33,000 nt of DNA from Glycera tridactyla. Lineage: Eukaryota. The DNA lies in NCBI GenBank assembly GCA_965644265.1, contig OZ286477.1, positions 35,681,001 through 35,714,000 of the forward strand, given 5' to 3'. Position numbers and translations under genes: made by a program. Within the stretch, counting starts at the first letter, position 1. Each line of letters begins with the position of its first letter. This document shows, one piece after another, positions 12,590-24,082 of this stretch. The notes under the pieces are model-generated. The model made no database searches, was not told the origin of the DNA, and saw nothing but the letters and a program-made list of their open reading frames with translations.

Positions 12590-14250
12590 CACCTAGAGGC
12601 TCATCTAGACCAACTCACGTAATTGGATGGTTCTGCTCGATGCCTTCTTTCACTAGGGTTACTCAGAAATGCACACTCCAAGCATCCATTCATTCAGATC
12701 TGGAAGTGCTCGGAGTGGATGGGTGAGATCGCATTTCCCACAAAGACCGTAGCTGCAGGATATTTTAATTTGATTGAACGCCTTCCTTGAAGCATCGGAG
12801 ATCGCAACACATACCTGCCACGCGGGCTATGGTCAATGCAGAATAAAATTGGTAGTGCTTTCAATTACATGAAACGATCCTACCAAAAACTTGCCTTTTT
12901 GATATCATGAAGTTGCAGCTATGATCTCTTTGGGCACATACAACTCTCATTCTCGGATTGCATCATGTTCTCTCGAGAGAAATCAATCTTTGTCAATTTC
13001 GTCACAGATCAGGGTATCAATGAATCCATGCCTCTATGTTTTGAAAATATTCCAACTTCAATCCCACAACTGCAAATTGCGTATTCACAGGACACGAATC
13101 TGATGATGAAAGGGTCTCCCAATCATCCTTAGCAATGGAAACATCGAAGAATCATCCAAAAAGAGTGGGTGTCTGATTTGCATTTGCGTATATTGTGATG
13201 TGAAATATAGATGTGATCTTTTTAAATCACTTTCTCATAAAACCGTTCTTAAGCACCTAACGAACAACGTGAAGCCACATATAAATTAGAAAACTGAGAC
13301 TGATGTAGACAATTGATATATCATACTTACCAGGAGAAAGACAGCATTTGATATGAAGGCAGATATACAGATATACAGACTATAGCCCCCCCCCCCCCCC
13401 CCCACCAACAAGATACGAGCCTTGCAGGCATGCTCGGCTGCAAGCAGAGAAAATGGGGAGCATCAATTGGGCTCTGATGAGCGGAGAAGCACTTGATGAT
13501 AGACCGAGAGAGGAAAAAACTCTAGAAGTCGTCAAACAAAGACATATGTGGGGCAGCCATCCCAGGTTCATCAACATATCTTGCATCCTTTCATCAAAGG
13601 TTAAGGTTCGAACAGACTCGCATAAAAGTTCAAGAGTATGTTGACAACTTTCCCAAGATGCTCAGTCATTAGTGATATTGGTTTCCCGCCCATCATGGTT
13701 GCGAATGTTCTAGTTCTTTCAGAAAACCAAGGTGGTTGAGTGCGATATCCTCGTTATAAGTGCACTCAACCGTTGGCGAAAAGGCAGTCTGCTCTTCATG
13801 GTAAAAAACATTCTCATGATGGAAATCACCAGGGGTTAATTGAGTGCAGACTACAGCCGATTGGTATGCAACACAGACAGCAATTCCTCCAACAAACAAT
13901 CACAAGGATATTCTATTCCTGCTGGTCACACACTGAGAAAAGATAATTGAGTCAAACCTCTGCAATACATCATCTTGCACGAGCTTGTAGTAAACAGATA
14001 TGAGGACAGCTGTAGAGGGATGGAACCGATCAGGCCAATCTTTGTGCTATGTTGGTCAATTTTCAGATAGGTGACAATATCAATACATAGTCATATGATA
14101 TATCACGTTTTACCAAAGAAAATCACACCAGTTCCGATAGTAGCTACATTTTCGATAGAAAAAACACCGACTCGCCTCAATAAATATCAACCCGCCTGAT
14201 TGGTGAGTGATATTTGATCGAGAATAAAAGTAGTCTTGGAAGATATCAAT
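12590..14250 (-). pseudogene. TLR-like remnant R4: distal LRRs, LRRCT, TM, TIR
   Basis: LRR fragments LEELLSVLHTNRL and DFHHENVFYHEEQTAFSP..LNHLGFLKELEHS (ORF 13693-13899). Cys cluster followed by a hydrophobic segment at ~13270-13385. TIR-like FIDTLICDEIDKD*FL, RMRVVCAQRD/LYVP, GKFLVGSFHVIESTTNFIL (12840-12896) and NYVSW (12610-12624). Confidence 0.6.
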
Positions 14251-16938
14251 CCCTCTCAATGAAATCGTAGCTGTTTTGACCGTAGCTGAATTCCAAAAAG
14301 AATGAGACTGATCTCTTCGACGCACCTAGCCCTATTTCTTTCTAATTGCTCAGTGATATAGTAGTCATGAGGTGAATTCGCAAGATCCTACCCGGTCCTC
14401 AAAAACTACCACGAAAATCAAAATCGTCGAAATCACCACTTATTCGTGACATTGATTTTTGAAATCGAGGTGCAAATTGGCAAATCACCAGGAGAAAGCG
14501 AAACACCAACTGTCTCTGAATTCATCCGAATCTTTCATTCAACAAATCATAATCACGGTGTTTCTTTCGATTTTGAGAATGGCGTATTCATCATGGAAGA
14601 AGAAAGAGCTTGATCAGCAGATTTGTATTCAAGCCTCTTCCTGAAGGCCGGCAGGGTCTCCACATTGACATCTGAATGATGTTAGAGAAATTGTACTTAC
14701 CACTGCTCATCACAAGTTTTATTTTGTATACTCCGAATGATTTGTTGGGAACAATGCCACCTAGCGAGATCTGAGCCGATTGCCATGATGTATCTCATTG
14801 TGTCAATGTTGAATCCATGATGTTTATATTCTCATGAATGTAGAAGCCAAAATATCAGGGTGGCTAATAATGCTTGGCTCTGTATATGAGACTCCACGGA
14901 GTCACGTAAATTAGAGTTCACTGACTGGCTTCCAGCTAATATCCGATTAAACATGTACCTATTTACACATTGTATCATTAATCATGCCTGCTAACACAAC
15001 CATCATGATGTACATGAGGTGATATCGAGCATTTCGATGTCCTGCCATGAATAATGTCTATTACAGCGGATGTTATCAAATTGGAACTCTTGAATGCCTG
15101 CGTTTGACAAAGAGTTATCTAGAGTACCCTACATTTTTTATTACATACAAAAAATTTCACCTTTTTTTCGCGTTTTTTGAAAACAGCACCTCAGTTCTCA
15201 GAGACATTGTCCACATCTTTTCACATTGTATTTTCGCCCACTCACCATCCTCTCACATCTTTCTCGTATCACCTGTGCTTGTTGAAATTGCTTGTGGTCA
15301 CAGGAAGATGATTTGGTTGAAAACAGGTCCATTCCTTCATTTAAATGATACATAATTCAAAAGTGTCCTTATCCACCAACAAAGAAGCATTGTGATGCCA
15401 ATAGGATTTTCTGAGGAATTTTTGGCAGAAATGAGGAAGAGCAAGTGGGGGAGTTTCATGGCAGGTTCACATGAAGATGTTTCAGAATGGATTCTTTCGA
15501 ATAGCTCGCGAGAAGATACATGCTTGCATGAATGTCAATGATCAAGTGGATAGAAACTGAGTTCTACGAGGAGATCCTGTGAAGAACTAATACATTAAGT
15601 GTGAATTGACCAGAAACTCAACTAGGGTTGATACATGCCGTTGAACATCAAACAAACAAACTTTCTTATCGTAGTTGTAGTTAGGAAATCGAGACACCGC
15701 GATTCTATGCTGAAAGACAGCCATATTGGTATCGGCATGGACATTCGTCATTTTGGCAGGTTGATCGCTTGTTTACAGCAAACATGTTGTACCTATTTTA
15801 CTCAGCCCCTTGATGGGTGTTATTCAACCATTTTTTTCCCAGTCCTGAGTTGATTATCACTGCCGACCAGATCAGACAGACATTAGGCGGGAGGGCCATT
15901 GTGTCATTTGGCCATTTTTCGGCTTTGGCCCTTCTGACCATGCTACACGGCAAATACACAAATGACATCATGAATCAGCATGGAGGTTTTGATGCTAGCA
16001 ATAGTAATGATGATGATAACAATACAGTTTCTTCTATATTTTTCCGAAATCTGACCCTCTTCATATTATAAGTTTGACCACTACTTCTCCTTCCACTGTA
16101 GTAAAAACAGGCCCAAGATCAGCCATCTGACCTCCAGTCCTCAATAGACTACAATGAAGGTGGCCATGCAAAAGATCATTAAGTCATCATTGACTTTTGC
16201 CCGCATTCTCTGTTGATAAAATGACTTCCAATCCCTTCACTCTTCACATGCTATATGGTTCATTCTCTTTGTGCCACAACCTCGGGATAATCTGCTTCCA
16301 AGTTATTTGTATTTAATGATGACGTCGTTACCAGCAAAATGGTAATGAGAATCATTTCCATGAAATATCTCATTTGGAATCCGTCATTAGCCCAGTTCCA
16401 ACCACATTTTGGAAAGACAGCGTGTTGTTGATGTATTTGGTATTTGATGACACGGAATGAGTTCAAGTCGGACAAAGAGTCAGCAGCTTCTCACGGGGGA
16501 GTGGTTCATTCAGAAAAAAATACAGATGCTAAATCTGATATCAGTGATATTCCAATTGAGAGTATCAAATATTCGGACATCAGTACAATTGGAATGGTAT
16601 CGTCTCCCTGTACGTGGGCGGCTATGTCAAGTGAGCCAATTTGCTTCCAGCAATTGACCTTTCCAAGCCATCAACCATCGCAAATTTGTTCCAGACATCA
16701 GACCATTATGCTGCTATAAAGAATCATCTATGCGAAAGTGGAACGTAACTTAGGTGATAATAGTCACATTTGCTGTGATGTGTGCCAAGTGATGATATCA
16801 ATTCACAGATATAAACCACCTTGCATAATTAAAGATACAAGGCCCACTTGTTCAATATCACATACGGATAGGTGGTGCTTGAGGAAAATATCAAAGGGGG
16901 CATGGGTTCTATGAAAGAGGACATTATTGCATAGTTTC
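13203..16938 (+). repeat. Tandem segmental duplication, copy 1 (~3.7 kb)
   Basis: Colinear with 16939-21362. Examples: atacagatatacagactatagcccc at ~13365 and ~17099; caaaatggtaatgagaatcatttccatgaaatct at ~16334 and ~20329; gcaattgacctttccaagccatcaaccatc at ~16650 and ~21074. Confidence 0.95.
14280..16938 (-). pseudogene. TLR-like remnant R5: LRRs, LRRCT, TM, TIR
   Basis: LRRs HNASLLVDKDTFEL (15354-15395) and MDL/FNQIIFL*PQA (~15290-15332). LRRCT end GTLDNSLSNAGIQEFQFDNIRC (15063-15128). TM YHLMYIMMVVLAGMI (~14980-15025). TIR in canonical order: YFGFYIH..DTSW, GVYKIKLVMSSGKYNFSNII, YAI...RNTVIMI..SDEFRDSWCFAF (14494-14514), LIFVVVFED (14395-14421) and SFWN (~14290). Confidence 0.75.
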
Positions 16939-18700
16939 AATATAGATGAGATATTCTTTAACCTCTTTCTTAAAGAACCGTTCCCGAGCTCCTAAAAATG
17001 TGAAGGCCACTAATGAATCAGAGCACTGAGAGTGATATAAACAATAGACAATATACATATCGTATAATAGAAAGACAGCATATGATATAAAGACAATTAT
17101 ACAGATATACAGACTATAGCCCCGTACCGAGCCTTGCAGGCATGCTCGGCTGCGAACGGAGAAAATGCGAGATCATCAATTAGGCTCTGATGAGCAGAGA
17201 TGCACTGAATGATAGACTGACAGTAAAAACTGATGGAAGTCGTCGGACAAAAACATAAGTTGAGCATCCATTCAAGGCTAATTCACATATCTTGTCCCCC
17301 TCTCACTTGAGGTTCAGATGCACCCAGAATCGCATAGAAGCTCTCGACAGGGGCAACACGCTCCTCAATGTACACTCTCTCATCAGTAGGACGTTTCTCC
17401 ACCTATCATGATGACAATTTGTCCAGTTATCTAGAAAACCAAGGTAGTTGAGTGCACTAACCTCATTATCAGTGCACTCAACTGTTGGCAAAACAGCAGT
17501 GTGCTCATCATGGTGAAAGAACATTGTTATGATGGAAATCACCAGGGGTAATTGGGTGCAGACTGCAACAGATTGTTATACAACACAGACAAGAGTTTCT
17601 TACAACAAACAATCACAAGGCTATTCTATCTCTGCTAGTCACACACAGGGAAACGATAATTGAGTCCAACCTTCGCAATACATCATCTTGCATGAGATGG
17701 GAGTGTACTGATATAAGGACCAGCAGTTAGGGGAGAAACCAATCAGGCCACTATTCGCGCAAGGTTGGATAATTCTTAGGTAGGCGTTGATGCCATCGTG
17801 TAAAGGATAGTCATATGATACTCATACTCATACGTATATCATAACCAGATTGACTCCAAATCAGGAACTCATGTTGTCTTGATATTATATTCCGTACGTA
17901 CACTTCGAATATATTTCGCCCCTGATGATTTTTTTCCTGTGATTATATACTGTCGAACTTCTTTATTTCTTTTTATCTATTGCTTGATTTTTTGATTCAT
18001 CTGGATTATTGCCCTTCATTTCATTTCGCTACCTGCTTGTATTTGCCTTGTTCACTGGTTATCTATGTACCTAAAGTTACTTAGTTGATTTTGTCTAATC
18101 TTATTTGGTTTCGCCAAGAGAAAATCTGTATTCTGTATCATGTGGGATATATGGAGGTTATTCAAAGAAATTAGAAGTTTCGATAGTAGCTGCATTTTCG
18201 ATAGCAAAATACATTGATTTGCCTTATTGAATGTGATTTCTCCCCTTATGCATGCAACCTTCTGAGATGAACTTGCACTCAGTTCTTGAAATAATATTGA
18301 GCTTGACTGTATATAGTACACTGCATGTTGGGTAATTCTGAATCTTAATGTTATTATGGTTGACTGTATGATGTTGTACTTGACTGTCTGAAGCATATCA
18401 AATATCATGTGAATCAGATGTTATTTGAATGTGTAATGTTATATATGTATATGTGTTTGTGTTAGCACCAGATATGTCCTTCGTGGACAAGTGTAAATAT
18501 ATATGCATACTTTTAACAAAATAAAAAAGTTTCCTGAGCATAGTCATAGTGAGAGAATGTCAACAGTGATAGCCCCACTCCAATTGGTGAGTGACATTGG
18601 CTCAAGAAAAATTGTAGTCTTGGAAGGTAATAATCCCTCTATTAAAAATCAAACCTGTTTAGACCATGGCTGCATTCTTGAAAGTGAAGGACTGACTTTC
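16939..18700 (-). pseudogene. TLR-like remnant R6: duplicate of the R4 ectodomain and TM, lacking TIR
   Basis: Paralogous to 13203-14250. Reads LSVLYNNLLQSAP, DFHHNNVL, NEVSALNYLGFLDN and QCISAHQSLIDDLAFSPFAAEHACK, then hydrophobic SVYLYNCLYIICCLSIIRYVYCLLF. Cut by the duplication junction before the TIR. Carries AT-rich insertions at ~17830-18110 and ~18215-18560. Confidence 0.6.
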
Positions 18701-21420
18701 AGGACCTTTGACCCTTCTCAATTTATTTCAATTTTCAAGTGATATGGTATTCGTTGAAGAGACTTTATCGCCATGTAAATTTGTGACCCCTCACACATGG
18801 TGATTATTCTCTACTCTGATCCAAATTGAACACGAACCTGTGAGGGTTCTTGATAACCTCAGAGACGAACCGAATCATCAAAACTATCACTTGTTCTGTT
18901 TATTGATTTCTGATATCAAGGCATATTGGCAAAACCCGGGAAGAAAGCATAACACCAGCTGGCTATGAATCCATCCCAATCTTACATTCATCAAATCGTA
19001 ATTGTGGTTAATTTTCCATTCTGAGAATGATTCATCCATCATCGAGAAATCGATCGGAAAATAGCTTGACCTGCAGAAATGCAGTCAAGCCTCTTCACAT
19101 ACCTGATATTCTGTAAAGGTCTTTACCTTGACAGATGAATGATATTTGAGAAAGGGTGCTCACACAGTTTATCATGATGTATCTGATTGTTTTGATGTCG
19201 AATCCCTGGGGTTCATATGTCTATGAATGTAGAAATCATGATATCAGGGTGGCTGATGATACCAGGCTGTCGATATGAGTCACATGAATTGAGCTCGCTG
19301 ACTGGCTTCCGGCTAACATCCTATGAAACATGTCTATCTACACATTGTGCCATCAATCATGCCCCCTAACACCGCCATCATGATGTATATGAGGTGATAT
19401 GCAAGCAGTTCGATGTCCTGTCATGAATAATGTCTATTAGAGTTGATGTAATCAAATGAAGACTCTTGAATGCCTGAGTTCTGCAGAGAGCTATCTGGAG
19501 TACCCTTCACTTGTATTGTATACAAGTAATATTACCTTTTTCGGTAGTAATGCCAATGTTTTTTTTTGAGGAATTTACAGAAACGTGCGAGAGCAAAAGA
19601 CACGAAGATATCCCAGAATGAGTTCTATCGAATAGTCCACGGAATGATACATGCTGATTCGAGAGAATCCCGTTAAGAACTTATATGTCGTCATATCCCT
19701 TTTGCCTTTTTCTTCACATGTTGTAGTTAAAAAATCGATAAACACCGATATAGAGCTGAACGACAGCCATTTTTGAAATGGTAGCAGCATGGATATTCGT
19801 CATTTTGGTAGGTCGATTGCTTGTTTATAGCAAACATATTGTACCTATTCTACTCTGCTCCGAAGTTGGTGATATTTCGACCAGTGTTCTCACAGTCCTG
19901 TCTTTTTTTTTCACTGCCTACCACATCAAGGAGACATCTTGCGGAGGGCCATTTCGATGCTGATGATATCAATACAGTCTCTTCTACATTACTCCGATAT
20001 CTGACCTTATTCATATCACTAACTTCGACCACCACTTCCCAGTTCACTGTAGTCAATGGGGCTTCTAGAAAGTATGCTATATCTCCAACCATGCTCTCAA
20101 TATCAGCCACCTGACCTCATATACCCAATATACCACAATGGAGGATGCAATTAAAGAGATCATCAAGTCATCATTGACCTTGGCCCGCCTTCTCTGGTGA
20201 GAAATGGCTTGGTATTACACCTCATTTCTTCACGCTTTACATAATATATGGCTCATTCCCTTTGCACAACGGTATCAGAATCATCTGTTTCCCAGTCATT
20301 TGTATTCTAACGACGACGTCGTCGTCAACAAAATGGTAATGAGAATCATTTCCATGAAATCTACTATTGGCAATCCGACATTGGCCCAGTTCCATCTACA
20401 TTTGAGGATGAGCTACATGGTGTTGAGAAATGTGGTATTTGATAACACAAAATGAGTTCAAGTCGGACAAACAGGCAGAAGCTTCCCATTTCACAAAAAG
20501 TGGATTATATAAGCACCGCCTCAGCTCAAAAGTTATCCATCGAAACCCATCTGTTGTGAATGTCATTTGTATATGACACCGCTCAATGATATCTAGTACG
20601 GTATAAGATGTTTTATTGATGAGAGATAGTGTGCTTCTAATTTTGGCCATACTGCATTTATAACTCATATCACTGGCATATCATATTTTGTTTGTTTGAT
20701 TATTGTGATTTCAAGCATCTCAATTCATGCATCACCGCCGTTATTATAGCTGTTCGGTCTTCACTTTGTCACTGTTATATGTAATTCCGTCGACATATAA
20801 TCAATTCTGTGATTGGGCAGATGTAATGTTATATGCATTTTATATATGTATAGATAACGAAGTGAAATGAATAATGTAGATATATAAAAATGCTCAATCC
20901 GATATCACTGATATTCTAATTGGGAGTATCAAATATTCGAACACAAGTACAATTGGAATTGTATCATCTCACTCTCTCTCTCTCCCTGTCTCTCTTTCTC
21001 TCTCTCCCCCTCTCTCTCTCCCTCTCTCTCTCTCTACGTGGGCGGCTATGTCAAGTAAGCCCATTTGCTTCTAGCAATTGACCTTTCCAAGCCATCAACC
21101 ATCACGAGGTCGCTCCAGACATCAGACCATTATGCTGCTATGAGGAATCATTTATGCAAAAGTAGAACGTAACTTAGGTGATAATTGTCACATTCGCTGT
21201 GATGTGTGCCAACTGGTATTGTTAATTGGCTGATGTGAACCACCTCGCCTGATTGAAGATACCAGGCCTACTTGTTCGGTGTCACATATGGTAAGGTGGT
21301 GCTTGAGGAAGATATCAAAGGGGGCATGGGGTGTATGAAGGTGGATGGAATTGCATATTTTCATGGGGTGATGATTGCCTGTCTGCCGAAAATGCTGGAT
21401 ACTACGAGTGGCTCGATGTA
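18700..21420 (-). pseudogene. TLR-like remnant R7: duplicate of R5
   Basis: GTPDSSLQNSGIQESSFDYINS..ELLAYHLIYIMMAVLGGMI (LRRCT end plus TM, ~19355-19505). TIR YHDFYIH..SDTS* and FIASWCYAF (~18943-18970). Colinear with R5. Confidence 0.7.
20972..21035 (+). repeat. (CT)n microsatellite
   Basis: Imperfect (CT)n, absent from the paralogous site at ~16603-16612. Confidence 0.9.
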
Positions 21421-21460
21421 CGCCAATACATCACTACACCTTTCACACCCGCACTCCCCA

Positions 21461-21620
21461 NNNNNNNNNNNNNNNNNNNNNNNNNNNNNNNNNNNNNNNN
21501 NNNNNNNNNNNNNNNNNNNNNNNNNNNNNNNNNNNNNNNNNNNNNNNNNNNNNNNNNNNNNNNNNNNNNNNNNNNNNNNNNNNNNNNNNNNNNNNNNNNN
21601 NNNNNNNNNNNNNNNNNNNN
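21461..21620. other. Assembly gap (160 N)
   Basis: Run of N characters. Confidence 1.
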
Positions 21621-21980
21621 TACCTGAGTCACTCACTCATTCACTCCATCTTTCTTACTCACGTGATCTTACGCACAGTACATCACTCATGCATCCAGGA
21701 AACATGAATTGGTTAATCGACATACAACTACATCCCTTCTGTTTCTCGCTTTCTCTTTCCCTCTATCCCCTTCTCCCATTGTTGTTTTTTCTCCATCTCG
21801 CTCGCTCCCCATATATCTCTCGACCCCGTTCTATTCATGCCAACCAGTGTAGAAGGAAAGTGTGAGAGTGATGTCCGCAGGGGACTGAGCCTGCAACTAT
21901 ATTGGATCAGGAACAAACGGCCTTTGGATTGTACGGTGGCCAGATAGGGCCATCATTAGAAAAGTAAAAAAAAATAATAA

Positions 21981-22228
21981 GTCGAAATTTCGAGATACTA
22001 TGTCGAAATTTCGGGATAGGAAGTCGAAACTTCGGGATAGAAAGTCGAAATTTCGAGATAGTAAGTCGAAATTTCGAGATACTATGTCGAAATTTCGGGA
22101 TAGGAAGTCGAAATTTCGAGATAGGAAGTCGAAATTTCGAGATAGTAAGTCGAAATTTCGAGATACTATGTCGAAATTTCGGGATAGGAAGTCGAAATTT
22201 CGAGATAGTATGTCGAAATTTTGAGATA
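21981..22228 (+). repeat. Left subterminal array: 12 x 21-bp unit GTCGAAATTTCGAGATAGTAA
   Basis: Units start every 21 bp from 21981 to 22212. Confidence 0.95.
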
Positions 22229-22664
22229 TCAATTCAATATTTCGCTAGTGTATTAAAATTTTAGTGGTTCATGGTGGTAGTGGTGGTTCATAATTATGGT
22301 GGTGGTGGTCCATGGTGGTAGTGGTGGTCATCAATGTCCATGGTGGTGTTGGTCTATGGTGAAGTGGTGGTGTTGGTCCATGGTGTAGTGGTGGTTGTGA
22401 TACATGGTGGTGATGATGGTCCATGGTGGTGGTGGTCAGTGTCATCCTTGTTGGTGATGGTCCATTGTGGTGATGATGATTGTGGTCCATGGTGGTGGTA
22501 GTGGTTGTTCATGCTGGTGGTGGTGATTTCAATCCACCCCTGTACGGTGGGCACCTTTCGCCAACACCACCATGGACATTGATGACCACCGCCACCATAA
22601 TTATGAACCACCACCATCACCATGAACCACTCAAATTTTAATTCACTATCAAAATATTGAATTG

Positions 22665-22956
22665 ATATCTTGAAATTTCGACAAACTATCTCGAAATTTC
22701 GACTTAGCATCTCGAAATTTCGACATACTATCTCGAAATTTCGACTTAGCATCTCGAAATTTCGACTTAGTATCTCGAAATTTCGACTTGGTATCTCGAA
22801 ATTTCGACTTAGCATCTCGAAATTTCGAGATACTATCTTGAAATTTCGACATACCATCTCGAAATTTCGAGATACTATCTTGAAATTTCGACATACCATC
22901 TCGAAATTTCGACTTACTATCTCGAAATTTCGACTTACTGTCTCGAAATTTCGGCT
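22665..22956 (-). repeat. Right subterminal array: 14 x 21-bp unit (inverse of the left array)
   Basis: GAAATTTCG cores every 21 bp from ~22672 to ~22945. Confidence 0.95.
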
Positions 22957-24035
22957 TATTATTATTTTTTACTTTTCTAATGATGGCCCTATCTGGCCAC
23001 CGTAGGATTGATACATGCCGGTGATGATTCGATCACGCATAAGACATCTGAATAGTTCTGACCTCCTCACTCTACATTTCGAAAGCAATGCGTCATGATT
23101 CAGATTTACCCTCATATGATCGGATGAAATTCGTGTGAGTTACTAAAGGTATTGGCGCTTCATATTTCGAAGCCAACGAGACTTGAAAATCGACATTCTC
23201 TTCCACAGAGCAATGTACTCCCCCCAGGTCATCGGTGAGCAAGAAAGTTATACGTCTCACCGAAAAGCATACGACGAAGACGTCATCAGTAAATTCCGAA
23301 GAAATAGGATACCTTCTCCAGAGGTGTCTGATGGTGAACGGCGGATGGTCGAGTTATTTTGGGCTTATTCCCGTGGATTAGCCATCAGGCCCCTGCTGGC
23401 ACCACGTGCTTCCACGCTGCGGTCTCCACTTCCGCTAGAAGCCTTCCTGTATGTCATCCTAATGGTTTCCGACACTCTTATGGCACAGCTGGGGGATTAT
23501 CCTACATAAGAGTGTGGTGTATGACCCTCATTTCCAAATAAAACATATATCCACCATAAAAGAGAGGTACATGAGCTGTCATTTCTTTTTGTATCAATAT
23601 CCGTTTCTATGACCTAAGTGAGAAACATTTAACTAACAAAACTTGGCCTGTGCCAGTACACGCATCCATAGCACCTGTGGTCCTCAGAAATTCAAGGCCG
23701 TGTAGAGGTTCTGAAAATAACATCTCTATCCCATCCCCTCTCCTTCTCCCCTATGTTCTAATTGGTACTCGATCATTGCAGTGCTGGTAATTGTAGAGTG
23801 ACTAATGTATGAACTAAATTCTCTGTCCATGGCTGTACAATCCCGGCAGAGATTGGATGGCCATGTTCCGAAAGTTCTGCCAAAAATGTGATTCCGGAGC
23901 CCATTGAATTATATACGGATTCATTTATCTATGTAGGGTTATGTCGTCTTTTTGCGTGATCTCTTCAGGTATCTTATGTATATTCGAGAAGAACTCATAT
24001 ACAGGTAGTCGACAGAAGATTCAGATCGCATTGAA

Positions 24036-24082
24036 CCCCCCCCCCCCCCCCCTACACACACACATACAATTACACACAAACA
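24036..24082 (+). repeat. C17 homopolymer plus CA-rich microsatellite
   Basis: c x17 followed by tacacacacacatacaattacacacaaacac. Similar homopolymers are C18 at 13386-13403 and G15 at 25500-25514. Confidence 0.9.

Larger units (their letters stand above)
16939..21362 (+). repeat. Tandem segmental duplication, copy 2 (~4.4 kb)
   Basis: Starts directly after copy 1 (junction ttgcatagtttc|aatatagatgag). A by-eye alignment of ~375 nt near the right end gives about 85% identity, with several large indels elsewhere. Confidence 0.95.
21932..23004. mobile_element. Non-autonomous foldback-type DNA transposon, IS3EU-like (1073 bp)
   Basis: Terminal inverted repeats TACGGTGGCCAGATAGGGCCATCATTAGAAAAGTAAAAAA..., with a perfect 6-bp TSD GGATTG (21926-21931, 23005-23010). 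Inverted arrays of 21-bp repeats and inverted (TGG)n/(CCA)n-rich inner segments. No transposase. TAY..RTA ends with a 6-bp TSD are the described IS3EU signature. Confidence 0.9.

Noticed and set aside
13380-14100. Class C GPCR or ionotropic receptor fragment (hydrophobic stretch followed by VECT)
   Set aside because: No multi-TM pattern emerges. The same sequence and its duplicate fit LRR, LRRCT and a single TM followed by TIR motifs better.
21272-21865. Long ORFs of 76-197 aa
   Set aside because: Their length is inflated by the 160-N gap.
21981-22956. CRISPR-like array (palindromic repeats with variable intervening bases)
   Set aside because: The linkers are only 9 bp and recur, the arrays are inverted arms of a TSD-flanked transposon, there are no cas genes, and the context is eukaryotic.
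21897-23005. ORFs with SRNFDIL/SKFRD heptad repeats and His/Thr-rich ORFs
   Set aside because: These are by-products of the 21-bp and (TGG)n repeats and are open in several frames on both strands.
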